The notes beneath the pieces are model-generated. The model saw only the letters and a list, made by a program, of their open reading frames with translations, was not told the origin of the DNA and ran no database searches. The translations under genes and the position numbers were made by a program. This document shows, in pieces, positions 52,187 to 62,249 of a stretch of 64,000 bases of DNA (its first letter is position 1; the number at the start of each line of letters is the position of its first letter). Origin of the DNA: Candidatus Arcticimaribacter sp. (GTDB lineage: Bacteria; Bacteroidota; Bacteroidia; Flavobacteriales; Flavobacteriaceae); contig CBFHYT010000006.1 of assembly GCA_965660155.1 (NCBI GenBank), positions 1,174 through 65,173 on the forward strand. The letters run 5' to 3'.

Positions 52187-52540
52187 TTTAAAAGGAATTT
52201 TGAAAGTAATACTTAATTAAACTATCTGCTTTTGATAATTTTTACAGTACACAAACTTCAAATGTAGATAATTTGCGTTTTGAAGAATATGGTGAAACTG
52301 ATACCTTCTACCCTATCCTAAATGAAAGTTTTTTCATCAAATAAGGCACTGAGAAACATACAGAACTTGTGGTCAAATACGCTTACTAAATTCAAAAACC
52401 ACTTTATGTTTTCAGTTCAGACGGTTGTTACAACATAAAAGAAAAAGGAGGTTTGATGTGCTCAAATTTTAAAAAAATGTTTTTTAAAATTTTATTGTAA
52501 AAAAGAACAAAAAAATAAAATATTTGGTACTTTTGCACTC

Positions 52541-52575
52541 GCAATGTAACCTCTGACGAAAATCGTGCATGTTGC
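52541..52575 (+). promoter_or_regulatory. L19 ribosomal-protein leader (L19-Flavobacteria-like structured RNA)
   Basis: GCAATGTA-ACCTCTG-ACGA-AAA-TCGT-GCATGTTGC stem with internal loop between promoter TACTTTTG (52528-52535) and rplS. Confidence 0.65.
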
Positions 52576-52601
52576 TTGTAAAAAATTTTTAAGTAAACAT
52601 A

Positions 52602-52955
52602 ATGGAAACATTAATCAATTTTGTTCAGGATCAATTCATCGAAAAAAAAGAATTCCCTGAATTTGCTGCTGGAGACACTATCACTGTTTATTACGAAATC
52701 CGAGAAGGAGAAAAAGTAAGAACCCAGTTTTACAGAGGTGTAGTTATTCAAATTAAAGGAGTTGGTTTATCCAAAACTTTTACCATTAGAAAAATGTCAG
52801 GAGAAATAGGAGTTGAACGTATCTTCCCTATCAACCTTCCGGCACTTCAAAAAATAGAAGTTAACAAACGAGGAAGCGTTCGAAGAGCTCGAATCTATTA
52901 CTTTAGAGAACTACGTGGTAAAAAAGCACGTATTAAAGAGCGTCAATACAGATAA
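52602..52955 (+). CDS. rplS: 50S ribosomal protein L19
   Basis: GDTITV, TFTIRKMS..GVERIFP, VRRARIYY. Confidence 0.97.
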   Translation: METLINFVQDQFIEKKEFPEFAAGDTITVYYEIREGEKVRTQFYRGVVIQIKGVGLSKTFTIRKMSGEIGVERIFPINLPALQKIEVNKRGSVRRARIYYFRELRGKKARIKERQYR

Positions 52956-52961
52956 AATTTT

Positions 52962-52987
52962 AAAGGTCGCTATTGCGACCTTTTTTG
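52962..52987 (+). terminator. intrinsic terminator of rplS
   Basis: AAAGGTCGC-TATT-GCGACCTTT plus T-tract. Confidence 0.85.
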
Positions 52988-53052
52988 TTAATTAAATTTA
53001 AACATCTTTATCTTACGAAGTCTATCTCAAGATAAAACCTTAAAAATATCCT

Positions 53053-54279
53053 ATGTCAAAAATAAAAGTTGCAAACCCAGTAGTAGAAATGGATGGTGAT
53101 GAAATGACTCGTATAATCTGGAAATTCATCAAAGAACAATTGATCTTACCTTACATCGATGTTGAATTGCTTTATTACGATCTAGGAATTGAAAAACGCG
53201 ATGAAACTGATGATCAAATAACCGTTGATGCTGCAGAAGCTATTAAAAAATACAATGTAGGTGTAAAATGTGCTACAATTACTCCCGATGAAGACCGAGT
53301 AACTGAATTTGATTTAAAAAGAATGTATCGTTCTCCCAATGGAACAATTCGTAACATTGTTGGAGGTACTGTTTTCAGAGAGCCTATTATCATGAACAAT
53401 GTACCTCGTTATGTTCAAGGTTGGACAAAACCAATTTGTATTGGACGTCATGCTTTTGGTGACCAGTACAAAGCTACAGATACTGTCATTGAGGGTAAAG
53501 GTAAACTAACCATGACTTTCACTCCAGAAGATGGAGGCGAAGCCAAAACTTGGGAAGTGTACAATTTTGAAGAAAATGGGGTAGCCATGAGTATGTACAA
53601 TATCGACAGTTCGATCTATGGATTTGCTCGTTCTTGTATGAATCGTGCGCTAGACAAAGGATGGCCTTTGTATCTTTCTACCAAAAACACGATCATGAAA
53701 GCTTATGATGGGCGTTTCAAGGACATTTTTCAAGAAGTGTTTGACAATGAATTTAAAGAGCGATTTGAAGCTGCTAGGCTTACTTACGAACATCGCTTAA
53801 TTGATGACATGGTAGCTGCTGCAATGAAATGGAATGGAGGATTTGTTTGGGCATGTAAAAATTACGACGGAGACGTTCAATCCGATACAGTTGCTCAAGG
53901 CTTTGGATCTTTAGGATTGATGACTTCTACCCTTGTTACTCCTGACGGAAAAACCATGGAAGCAGAAGCTGCTCATGGTACAGTAACCCGTCACTACAGA
54001 CAACATCAAAAGGGTAAAGAAACTTCAACAAATCCGATCGCATCTATTTTTGCATGGACACGTGGCCTAGCCCATCGTGGAAAACTAGACAACAACCAAG
54101 AATTGATCGATTTCTGTACAACTCTAGAAGAAGTATGTGTAGAAACTGTAGAAAGTGGAAAAATGACCAAAGATTTAGCAATTCTTATTCATGGAATCGC
54201 ACTAAGAGAAACTGATTATTTAACTACCCAAGGCTTTCTTGGAGCTCTCAAAGAAAATCTTGATAAAAAACTTTCTTAA
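53053..54279 (+). CDS. icd: NADP-dependent isocitrate dehydrogenase (type II)
   Basis: [43 protein letters not shown]. Confidence 0.96.
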   Translation: MSKIKVANPVVEMDGDEMTRIIWKFIKEQLILPYIDVELLYYDLGIEKRDETDDQITVDAAEAIKKYNVGVKCATITPDEDRVTEFDLKRMYRSPNGTIRNIVGGTVFREPIIMNNVPRYVQGWTKPICIGRHAFGDQYKATDTVIEGKGKLTMTFTPEDGGEAKTWEVYNFEENGVAMSMYNIDSSIYGFARSCMNRALDKGWPLYLSTKNTIMKAYDGRFKDIFQEVFDNEFKERFEAARLTYEHRLIDDMVAAAMKWNGGFVWACKNYDGDVQSDTVAQGFGSLGLMTSTLVTPDGKTMEAEAAHGTVTRHYRQHQKGKETSTNPIASIFAWTRGLAHRGKLDNNQELIDFCTTLEEVCVETVESGKMTKDLAILIHGIALRETDYLTTQGFLGALKENLDKKLS

Positions 54280-54286
54280 TTTGCAT

Positions 54287-54313
54287 AAACTCCACAATGT
54301 GGAGTTTTTTTTT
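54287..54313 (+). terminator. intrinsic terminator of icd
   Basis: AAACTCCAC-AAT-GTGGAGTTT plus T-tract. Confidence 0.85.
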
Positions 54314-54347
54314 GCTTTGATCTAAAAATATGCGCTACTTTTAAATA

Positions 54348-55163
54348 ATGAATTTTTTAAAAATTACAGAACAAGATTCTTTACACGACAAACTGGAGGA
54401 TAAATCCATTCAAGAATTGTTAGAGGGTATTCATCAAGAAGATCAAAAGGTTTCAAAAGCCGTACAAACTGTTTTACCTAAAGTAGAGCAAATAATCATC
54501 AAAACAGTAGCCCAACTTCAAAAGGGTGGGCGATTGTTTTACATCGGTGCTGGAACTAGCGGACGTCTTGGGATTTTGGATGCTTCAGAGTGTCCTCCAA
54601 CTTTTGGTAGTGATCCAGAGCAAGTAATTGGAATCATTGCTGGGGGTAAAACAGCAGTTTACAGAGCCGTTGAGAACGCAGAAGACAATACCAATCAAGG
54701 TTGGATCGATTTGCAAGATCATAAAATATCAACCCGAGATATGATTGTTGGAATAGCAGCTTCTGGAACTACACCATATGTTGTTGAAGCTCTGCGGGAA
54801 GCTCAAAATAATAACATCCCTACTGCTTGTATTTGCTGTAATGAAAATAGTCCCCTAGCCGCAGTTGCAGATTTTCCTGTTGAAGTAGTCGTAGGGCCAG
54901 AATTTATTACAGGATCCTCTCGCATGAAAGCTGGAACAGCACAAAAAATGATTTTAAACATGATCTCTACCGCAACCATGGTTCGCTTAGGTCATGTTCG
55001 CGGAAACAAAATGGTAGACATGCAAATGACCAATGTTAAGTTAAAAAAACGAGCTATTAAAATCATACAAGAACAACTATTGGTATCCTCGGAGATTGCC
55101 TCTGCCCTACTGCATGAACATAAAAGTATCCGTAAAGCAATAGATCAATTTAACTCCAAATGA
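54348..55163 (+). CDS. murQ: N-acetylmuramic acid 6-phosphate etherase
   Basis: GAGTSGRLGILDASECPPTF, GPEFITGSSRMKAGTAQK. Confidence 0.94.
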   Translation: MNFLKITEQDSLHDKLEDKSIQELLEGIHQEDQKVSKAVQTVLPKVEQIIIKTVAQLQKGGRLFYIGAGTSGRLGILDASECPPTFGSDPEQVIGIIAGGKTAVYRAVENAEDNTNQGWIDLQDHKISTRDMIVGIAASGTTPYVVEALREAQNNNIPTACICCNENSPLAAVADFPVEVVVGPEFITGSSRMKAGTAQKMILNMISTATMVRLGHVRGNKMVDMQMTNVKLKKRAIKIIQEQLLVSSEIASALLHEHKSIRKAIDQFNSK

Positions 55164-55393
55164 ACAAAAAAGAGGTAATCAAAGGGTTTAAAAAAGTTTT
55201 TTGGGGAATTGGAATTTGTTTTGTGGCTCCAGTTGTCATCATGCAAGCCTTTAAAAACCAAGACCATCCAATGTATTGGCCCGTTCTTATTATTGGCTTG
55301 ATCCTTTTATTCCTTGCCATAGGCTCGGGTTTTATTGGTGTTTCTACTCTCGTTGGAGGACTTTTTGACGAAAAGAAAAAAAAACAGGATTAA
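55160..55393 (+). CDS. small two-TM membrane protein (DUF6095-like)
   Basis: Two hydrophobic helices around AFKNQDHP; overlaps murQ stop. Confidence 0.65.
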   Translation: MNKKEVIKGFKKVFWGIGICFVAPVVIMQAFKNQDHPMYWPVLIIGLILLFLAIGSGFIGVSTLVGGLFDEKKKKQD

Positions 55394-55454
55394 TGATATT
55401 GGTTTTTGTTTTGAGAACTTCAACTCGTTATCTTTACACCTTATTAAATAACAT

Positions 55455-57401
55455 ATGATTGCAATTACGCTTCCAGATGGTTCTGTTCGTGAATTTGAAA
55501 ACGAATTAACCGTTTTAGATGTAGCAAAAGATATTAGTGAAGGATTAGCTCGGAATGTACTTTCGGCTCGTTTTAATGATACGATTGTTGAAACCAGTAC
55601 ACTTCTTTCAAAAAGTGGAAATTTACAACTCTTTACTTGGAATGATGATGAAGGAAAAGCAGCTTTTTGGCACTCGTCAGCCCATGTTTTGGCGCAATCC
55701 ATTTTAGCATTATTTCCTCAAGCAAAACTTACTATCGGTCCATCCATTGAAAATGGATTTTATTACGATGTAGACTTTGGAGAGGCTTCATTCTCAGAAA
55801 AAGATTTACAAAAACTTGAAGAACAGTTCTTGACTTTTAGTCGCCAAAAATTTGAATTCAAAATGCGATCCTGCTCTAAAGCAGAAGCATTATCCTTTTA
55901 TCAAAAAGAAAATAACCCTTTTAAAGTTGAGTTGGTTGAAAATTTAGAAGATGGAACAATTACTTTTTGTGATCATGCAGATTTTTCTGACTTGTGCCGT
56001 GGTGGTCACCTACCCAACACAGGATTCATCAAAGCTGTGAAGTTATTGAGTGTTGCTGGTGCATACTGGAGGGGTGATGAAAACAAACCACAACTTACCC
56101 GCATCTACGGAATTTCTTTTCCCAAACAAAAAGAACTTACCGCTTATTTGGAACTTCTTGAAGAAGCAAAAAAAAGAGATCATAGAAAGCTTGGGAAAGA
56201 ACTTGACCTTTTCACTTTTTCTCAAAAAGTTGGTCAAGGATTACCTTTATGGCTTCCAAAAGGAACTGCACTGAGAGAGCGTTTAGAAAACTTTTTGAAA
56301 GCTGCACAAAAGAAAGCAGGTTATGAACAAGTAATTTCTCCTCATATTGGTAACAAAGAACTTTACAAGACTTCTGGTCACTTTGAAAAATATGGAGCAG
56401 ATAGCTTTCAACCCATAGAAACACCAGCAGAAGGAGAAAGTTTTTTATTAAAACCTATGAATTGTCCTCATCACTGTGAAATCTACAATGCTCGACAATG
56501 GAGTTACAAAGACCTTCCAAAGCGATATGCAGAATTTGGAACAGTTTATCGGTACGAACAAAGTGGAGAGCTTCACGGGCTAACCAGAGTGCGTGGTTTC
56601 ACTCAAGATGACGCTCACATATTTTGTATGCCCAGTCAGTTGGATGAAGAATTTAAAAGAGTTATCGACTTAGTGCTTTATGTTTTTAGTTCTTTAGGTT
56701 TTGAAGATTTTACCGCACAAGTTTCGCTTCGTGATCCAAAAAAACCTGAAAAATACATCGGGTCAGAACAAAATTGGGACCTAGCAGAGAATGCGATCAT
56801 AGATGCAGCAAATGAAAAAGAGCTCAATTATGTAATCGAATATGGAGAGGCTGCTTTCTATGGCCCTAAATTGGATTTCATGGTAAAAGATGCCTTGGGA
56901 AGAAAATGGCAGCTGGGAACTATTCAGGTGGACTACAACCTTCCGGAACGCTTTGAACTGACTTACAAGGGCAGTGATAATGAATTGCATAGACCCGTGA
57001 TGATTCACAGAGCTCCATTCGGAAGTTTGGAACGTTTTGTGGCTATTTTATTGGAACATACAGGAGGAAATTTTCCACTTTGGTTAACTCCTGAGCAGGT
57101 AATTATCTTATCTGTAAGTGAGAAATATGAAAAATACGCTGAAAAAGTTTCAAATGAACTGGAAAATCACGAAATTCGCGCCCGCGTGGACAATAGAAAT
57201 GAGACTATTGGTAAAAAAATCCGCGAAGCACAATTGAATAAATTCCCATACATGCTCATTGTAGGAGAAAAAGAAGCCGCTGAAAGAACAGTATCTGTTC
57301 GGGATCGGAAAAAAGGAGATCAAGGTAGCATCGGCATTGCTTCCTTCATCAATAACATAAGTGTCGAAATAGCTAAATCTATTTCAAAGTTTGAAGTTTA
57401 A
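55455..57401 (+). CDS. thrS: threonine--tRNA ligase
   Basis: TGS domain, HSSAH, DLCRGGH, KPMNCP, RVRGFTQDDAH, IHRA. Confidence 0.97.
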   Translation: MIAITLPDGSVREFENELTVLDVAKDISEGLARNVLSARFNDTIVETSTLLSKSGNLQLFTWNDDEGKAAFWHSSAHVLAQSILALFPQAKLTIGPSIENGFYYDVDFGEASFSEKDLQKLEEQFLTFSRQKFEFKMRSCSKAEALSFYQKENNPFKVELVENLEDGTITFCDHADFSDLCRGGHLPNTGFIKAVKLLSVAGAYWRGDENKPQLTRIYGISFPKQKELTAYLELLEEAKKRDHRKLGKELDLFTFSQKVGQGLPLWLPKGTALRERLENFLKAAQKKAGYEQVISPHIGNKELYKTSGHFEKYGADSFQPIETPAEGESFLLKPMNCPHHCEIYNARQWSYKDLPKRYAEFGTVYRYEQSGELHGLTRVRGFTQDDAHIFCMPSQLDEEFKRVIDLVLYVFSSLGFEDFTAQVSLRDPKKPEKYIGSEQNWDLAENAIIDAANEKELNYVIEYGEAAFYGPKLDFMVKDALGRKWQLGTIQVDYNLPERFELTYKGSDNELHRPVMIHRAPFGSLERFVAILLEHTGGNFPLWLTPEQVIILSVSEKYEKYAEKVSNELENHEIRARVDNRNETIGKKIREAQLNKFPYMLIVGEKEAAERTVSVRDRKKGDQGSIGIASFINNISVEIAKSISKFEV

Positions 57402-57417
57402 CTAAAAAAAGAAAGTC

Positions 57418-57972
57418 ATAGCAATACGGAGAAAAAGGAGCAATCGCCCAGGACGTGTAATCAAAGTTGATCCTCACAAGATCAATCAAAAAATCACTGC
57501 ACAAGAACTTCGCCTCGTCGGGGATAATGTTGAAGTAGGTGTTTACAGTTTGAGTAAAGCACTTCAATTGGCTCGTGAGCTTGAATTGGATTTGGTTGAA
57601 ATATCTCCTAATGCTAACCCTCCTGTTTGTAAAATTCTTGAATACAAAAAGTTCTTGTACGAACAAAAGAAAAGAGACAAGGCGCTTAAATCAAAAGCTA
57701 CAAAAGTTATCATCAAAGAAATTCGTTTTGGTCCACAAACCGATGAACACGATTATGATTTTAAAAAGAAACATGCCGAAAAATTCCTTAAAGATGGAGC
57801 AAAGCTCAAGGCTTTTGTATTCTTCAAAGGAAGATCTATTGTATTTAAAGAACAAGGACAAATTCTACTTCTTCGCTTAGCTCAAGATTTAGAGGAACTC
57901 GGGAAAGTAGAACAGCTTCCAAAGTTAGAAGGAAAACGGATGACCATGTTTATCAGTCCAAAGAAAAAATAG
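57418..57972 (+). CDS. infC: translation initiation factor IF-3 (ATA start)
   Basis: Frame open from ATA 57418 (upstream in-frame TAA at 57403); [33 protein letters not shown]. Confidence 0.93.
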   Translation: MAIRRKRSNRPGRVIKVDPHKINQKITAQELRLVGDNVEVGVYSLSKALQLARELELDLVEISPNANPPVCKILEYKKFLYEQKKRDKALKSKATKVIIKEIRFGPQTDEHDYDFKKKHAEKFLKDGAKLKAFVFFKGRSIVFKEQGQILLLRLAQDLEELGKVEQLPKLEGKRMTMFISPKKK

Positions 57973-58000
57973 AAAAGAGTACTAATTTAATACGACAAGA

Positions 58001-58198
58001 ATGCCTAAAATGAAAACTAAATCCAGTGCCAAAAAGCGTTTCAAGCTTACAGGAACTGGTAAAATCAAAAGAAAGCATGCGTTTAAGAGCCATATCTTAA
58101 CGAAGAAGTCAAAAAAGCGAAAGCTTAAATTGACTCATTCCGGTTTGGTTCATGAAAACGATGTGAAAAGTATCAAGCAACAATTACGTTTAGAATAA
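58001..58198 (+). CDS. rpmI: 50S ribosomal protein L35
   Basis: [21 protein letters not shown]. Confidence 0.97.
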   Translation: MPKMKTKSSAKKRFKLTGTGKIKRKHAFKSHILTKKSKKRKLKLTHSGLVHENDVKSIKQQLRLE

Positions 58199-58286
58199 CG
58201 TTTAGCTTAGGTTCAAAAAATGTAAACCCTGTTATGGGCAAAAAAAGTGTAGGTCAACCTACCGCCTTTAACAAAAAAGAAAAATT

Positions 58287-58631
58287 ATGCCAAGATCAGT
58301 AAACGCAGTTGCCAAAAGAGCACGCAGAAAAAAAGTCCTTAAACAAGCAAAAGGATATTTCGGTCGCCGTAAAAATGTATGGACGGTAGCAAAAAACGCA
58401 GTAGATAAAGCAATGCTTTATGCTTACCGCGATAGAAAAACCAACAAAAGAAACTTCAGATCCCTTTGGATTACTCGTATCAATGCTGCAGCCCGTCTTC
58501 ATGGGCTATCTTACAGCCAGTTTATGGGTAAAGTAAAAGCCAATGAAATCGAATTGAACCGAAAGGTTTTAGCTGATTTGGCTATGAACCATCCTGATGC
58601 ATTCAAAGCTGTAGTTGATAAAATCAAATAA
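58287..58631 (+). CDS. rplT: 50S ribosomal protein L20
   Basis: [33 protein letters not shown]. Confidence 0.97.
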   Translation: MPRSVNAVAKRARRKKVLKQAKGYFGRRKNVWTVAKNAVDKAMLYAYRDRKTNKRNFRSLWITRINAAARLHGLSYSQFMGKVKANEIELNRKVLADLAMNHPDAFKAVVDKIK

Positions 58632-58651
58632 ATATTCATTCTTTAGTACTC

Positions 58652-58682
58652 AAAAAAATCAGCTTTTAGCTGATTTTTTTTT
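58652..58682. terminator. bidirectional terminator between rplT and dnaB
   Basis: AAAAAAATCAGCT-TTT-AGCTGATTTTTTT with A/T tracts on both sides, between convergent genes. Confidence 0.85.
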
Positions 58683-58736
58683 ATCTAAATTTAAAAAAAT
58701 CGAGTTTTAGAAACGCTAACATCAGCCTTCGGCTAA

Positions 58737-60251
58737 TTAAAAAGGCATATCGTCGTCTTCCTCTCCAAAAGCATCATTGGGATTCGGGAGGGAAGTTGGA
58801 TTGATTGGAGCTTCATTCATTTTGGACTGAAACTCGAATGGAGATTCAAAATTCTCTAGGTTGTCGAATTTACCAAGGTGACCAATAAATTTGAGACGTA
58901 TGTTATCCAAACCTCCGTTACGATGTTTTGCAACAATAAACTCGGCTTGTCCTTCTGAAGATGTTCGTTCATCATCATCCCATTCATCTATTCCGTAATA
59001 TTCAGGTCGATAAATAAATGATACAATGTCGGCATCTTGTTCAATTGCTCCCGATTCACGAAGATCAGAAAGCAAAGGTCTCTTGGTTCCTCCTCGGGTT
59101 TCTACAGCCCTTGAAAGTTGTGAAAGTGCAATCACTGGAATATCCAATTCTTTTGCAAGTGCCTTAAGGTTTCTGGAGATTGTAGAGATTTCTTGTTCTC
59201 TATTGCCTGTTTTGTTTGATGTTCCGGCGGTCATTAACTGCAAGTAATCTACTATGATTAACTTAATTCCATGCTGAGATGATAAACGTCTTACTTTTGC
59301 ACGCAAATCAAAAATGGATAAGGATGGTGTGTCATCAATAAACAATGGAGCTCGCTCTAAGTCACCTACTTTTACATTCAATTGTTCCCATTCATGACTG
59401 GCAAGTTTTCCTGTTCTCAATTTTTCAGAGGAAAGACCCGTTTCTGAGGAGATCAGTCGAGTAATCAACTGTACTGATGACATTTCAAGAGAGAAAAAAG
59501 CTACGGGAATATTTTTTGTTACCGCTATGTTTCGAGCCATGGATAATGTCAAAGCAGTTTTTCCCATACCCGGTCGAGCTGCAATAATAATCAAATCCGA
59601 TGGTTGCCAACCTGAAGTTAAAGCATCTAATTTTTCAAAACCTGTAGCAACTCCACTAAGTCCATCACGTTTAGCAATGTCTTCGATCCTTTTCTTGGCT
59701 TGTATTACAAGATTTTGAGCAGATTCTGAAGATTTCTTTATGTTCCCTTGTGTTACATCGTAAAGTTTAGATTCAGCCTCATCAAGTAAATCAAAAACAT
59801 CAATAGATTCTTTGTAAGCATTGTCGATGATTTCGTTCGAAATTTTAATCAAACTTCTTTGAATGTATTTTTGTAAAATAATTCGTGCATGAAATTCAAT
59901 GTGTGCAGACGTTGAAACCTTTTTAGAAAGCTGAACTAAATAAAAATCCCCTCCTACTTTTTCGAGTAAGCCCATTTTACGTAAACGAGCAGAAACTGTC
60001 AATAGATCGATAGGTTCAGAAGTTTTGAAAAGTTCATGAATCGCAGAAAAGACGTGTTGATTGGCTTCTTTGTAAAATGCTTCGGGCTGAAGAATATCAA
60101 TTACTTCATCAACTCCTTTTTTATCAATGAGCATTGCCCCTATCACAGCTTCCTCTAAATCAATAGCTTGCGGAGGTATTTTCCCCCTTTCAAGATTAAC
60201 AAGGTTTCCAGCAGCAACAGCTGGAGCAATGATAGGCTTTCTTTTTTCCAT
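58737..60251 (-). CDS. dnaB: replicative DNA helicase
   Basis: ARPGMGKT, FSLEM, VDYLQLM, LSQLSR, DLRESGAIEQDAD, AKHRNG. Confidence 0.97.
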   Translation of the reverse strand: MEKRKPIIAPAVAAGNLVNLERGKIPPQAIDLEEAVIGAMLIDKKGVDEVIDILQPEAFYKEANQHVFSAIHELFKTSEPIDLLTVSARLRKMGLLEKVGGDFYLVQLSKKVSTSAHIEFHARIILQKYIQRSLIKISNEIIDNAYKESIDVFDLLDEAESKLYDVTQGNIKKSSESAQNLVIQAKKRIEDIAKRDGLSGVATGFEKLDALTSGWQPSDLIIIAARPGMGKTALTLSMARNIAVTKNIPVAFFSLEMSSVQLITRLISSETGLSSEKLRTGKLASHEWEQLNVKVGDLERAPLFIDDTPSLSIFDLRAKVRRLSSQHGIKLIIVDYLQLMTAGTSNKTGNREQEISTISRNLKALAKELDIPVIALSQLSRAVETRGGTKRPLLSDLRESGAIEQDADIVSFIYRPEYYGIDEWDDDERTSSEGQAEFIVAKHRNGGLDNIRLKFIGHLGKFDNLENFESPFEFQSKMNEAPINPTSLPNPNDAFGEEDDDMPF

Positions 60252-60365
60252 TAATCGAATTTAATTATAATACTAGAATTCTTTGCTGTAAACCAAGCTT
60301 GAGATATACCCCAAGTGTAAACAAAAGACCGTTTATAACTATTTTTTTTTGTTGATAAGCTAAAA

Positions 60366-61319
60366 TTAATCTTTGAAAACACCCATATCATTGAACTTTG
60401 CCCTGCGATTTTTTATCAATTCAAGGGGTTCTAACTTATCTAAAACCTTAAATGTTTTTAGAACCTCATCCTGAACAGAATCAAATACTTGTTGACGATC
60501 ATAATGAGCCCCTCCAAGTGGTTCTTTTATTATTTTATCGATCAACTTAGCCTTCTTCATATCGGTTGCAGTCAACTTGAGAGAATCAGCTGCCTGTTCT
60601 TTGTATTCCCAGCTCCTCCATAAGATGGAAGAACAAGATTCTGGAGAAATTACAGAATACCATGTGTTTTCAAGCATAAATACTCGATCTCCAACCCCAA
60701 TACCAAGAGCTCCTCCAGATGCTCCCTCTCCTATTATTACAGTGATAATTGGAACCTTAATGGAAAGCATTTCATAAATGTTACGAGCAATAGCTTCACC
60801 TTGACCCCGCTCTTCGGCTTCAAGTCCTGGGTATGCTCCGGGAGTATCTATCAAGGTTACAATTGGAATCCCAAATTTTTCGGCTGACTTCATTAAGCGG
60901 AGTGCTTTTCGATATCCCTCTGGATTTGCCATTCCAAAATTTCTATATTTACGGGTCGCTGTATTGTAACCCTTTTGAGTTCCAATAAACATAAAGGATT
61001 GATTCTCTATTTTTCCAAGACCACCGATCATTGCTTTATCATCTTTGACATTTCGATCTCCGTGCAACTCTAAAAAGGTATCCCCACAAATTGCTTTGAT
61101 GTAGTCTAAGGTGTATGGCCTTGATGGATGACGAGATAATTGTACTCGTTGCCATGCAGTTAGATTACCGTATATCTCTTTTTTTGTGGTTAGTAATTTA
61201 TTTTCTAACTGATCACAAGTATCTGTTACGTCAATCTCACTTTTGTTTCCAATAATTTTACATTTATCAAGTTGTTCAATAATGTCTTTAATCGGAAGTT
61301 CAAAATCTAAATATTCCAT
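60366..61319 (-). CDS. accA: acetyl-CoA carboxylase carboxyltransferase alpha subunit
   Basis: [37 protein letters not shown]. Confidence 0.97.
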   Translation of the reverse strand: MEYLDFELPIKDIIEQLDKCKIIGNKSEIDVTDTCDQLENKLLTTKKEIYGNLTAWQRVQLSRHPSRPYTLDYIKAICGDTFLELHGDRNVKDDKAMIGGLGKIENQSFMFIGTQKGYNTATRKYRNFGMANPEGYRKALRLMKSAEKFGIPIVTLIDTPGAYPGLEAEERGQGEAIARNIYEMLSIKVPIITVIIGEGASGGALGIGVGDRVFMLENTWYSVISPESCSSILWRSWEYKEQAADSLKLTATDMKKAKLIDKIIKEPLGGAHYDRQQVFDSVQDEVLKTFKVLDKLEPLELIKNRRAKFNDMGVFKD

Positions 61320-61358
61320 AATATTTTATTGAGGGTAAAAATATAAATTTTTAATTAT

Positions 61359-62249
61359 TTATTTCGTCTTTTTTAATTTACGTGCTTTGTAAATTCCATT
61401 ACCAATTACTGAAACCAAAATGATCAGTACTCCGAAATAAAAGTTTACACTCATAATTTCTTTTTCGCCAAAAATATAAATGGAGAATAAAATTGCGTAA
61501 ATGGGTTCCATGTTCAATGAAATCATAATGGTGTAAGGAGAAAGTTGCTTCATGATCTCAACCGAGGCAATAAAAGCATAGGCAGTACAAATAGAAGCTA
61601 AAAGAAATATCCACAAGGGGTCATATCCTTTAAGAACAAAAAAGTTTGATGGTATTTCTAAAACAAAAATTAACCACAAACTCAAAAACAAAGTTCCGAA
61701 TAACAGCTGATAAAATGAAATTGAACTGGATTGGTAATGTTCAATCAATTTTCCGTTGAGAAGGGTAAACAAAACGGATAGTAATGTGGACAATAAAGCT
61801 ACATAAATACCAATTGATGAATCTTTTTCTGCTTTAAAAATCATACTCAATCCAATCACAACAAAAAAACCAAAAAACACTTCATAGGTTCTAATTTTTC
61901 TTTTGTACAAAAGAGGCTCTAAAAATGAGGTCATCAAAGAGGCCGAAGATAGAACTGAAAGGGTTATGGATACCGAGGATATTTTAATTGCGTGAAAAAA
62001 TAAAATCCAATGTACTGAAATGAGTAATCCTCCTAAAGCAAAATACACCAAAGCTTTGGTAGGGACTTTGAATAACTTCCTTTTGAAAAAAAGAAAGTAC
62101 ACTGCAATTAAGCTTGATGCAATTACTACTCGAAACCAAACTATTTCAAAGGAATTTTTATTCATTAAGGCACCTAAAATTGAGGTAAATCCCCAAATAA
62201 AAACCAAGAAATGCAGGTGAAGAAGACTTTTAAATCTAGCGTTTAGCAT
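61359..62249 (-). CDS. DMT/EamA family transporter
   Basis: ~10 TM segments, IWGFT, HWILFF, NMEPIY; ATG 62249. Confidence 0.85.
   Translation of the reverse strand: MLNARFKSLLHLHFLVFIWGFTSILGALMNKNSFEIVWFRVVIASSLIAVYFLFFKRKLFKVPTKALVYFALGGLLISVHWILFFHAIKISSVSITLSVLSSASLMTSFLEPLLYKRKIRTYEVFFGFFVVIGLSMIFKAEKDSSIGIYVALLSTLLSVLFTLLNGKLIEHYQSSSISFYQLLFGTLFLSLWLIFVLEIPSNFFVLKGYDPLWIFLLASICTAYAFIASVEIMKQLSPYTIMISLNMEPIYAILFSIYIFGEKEIMSVNFYFGVLIILVSVIGNGIYKARKLKKTK

Noticed and set aside
58231-58241. GTTATGGGCAA identical to the cassette core at 25870
   Set aside because: No attC hairpin or AAC box precedes it and it sits inside a ribosomal protein operon; treated as coincidence.
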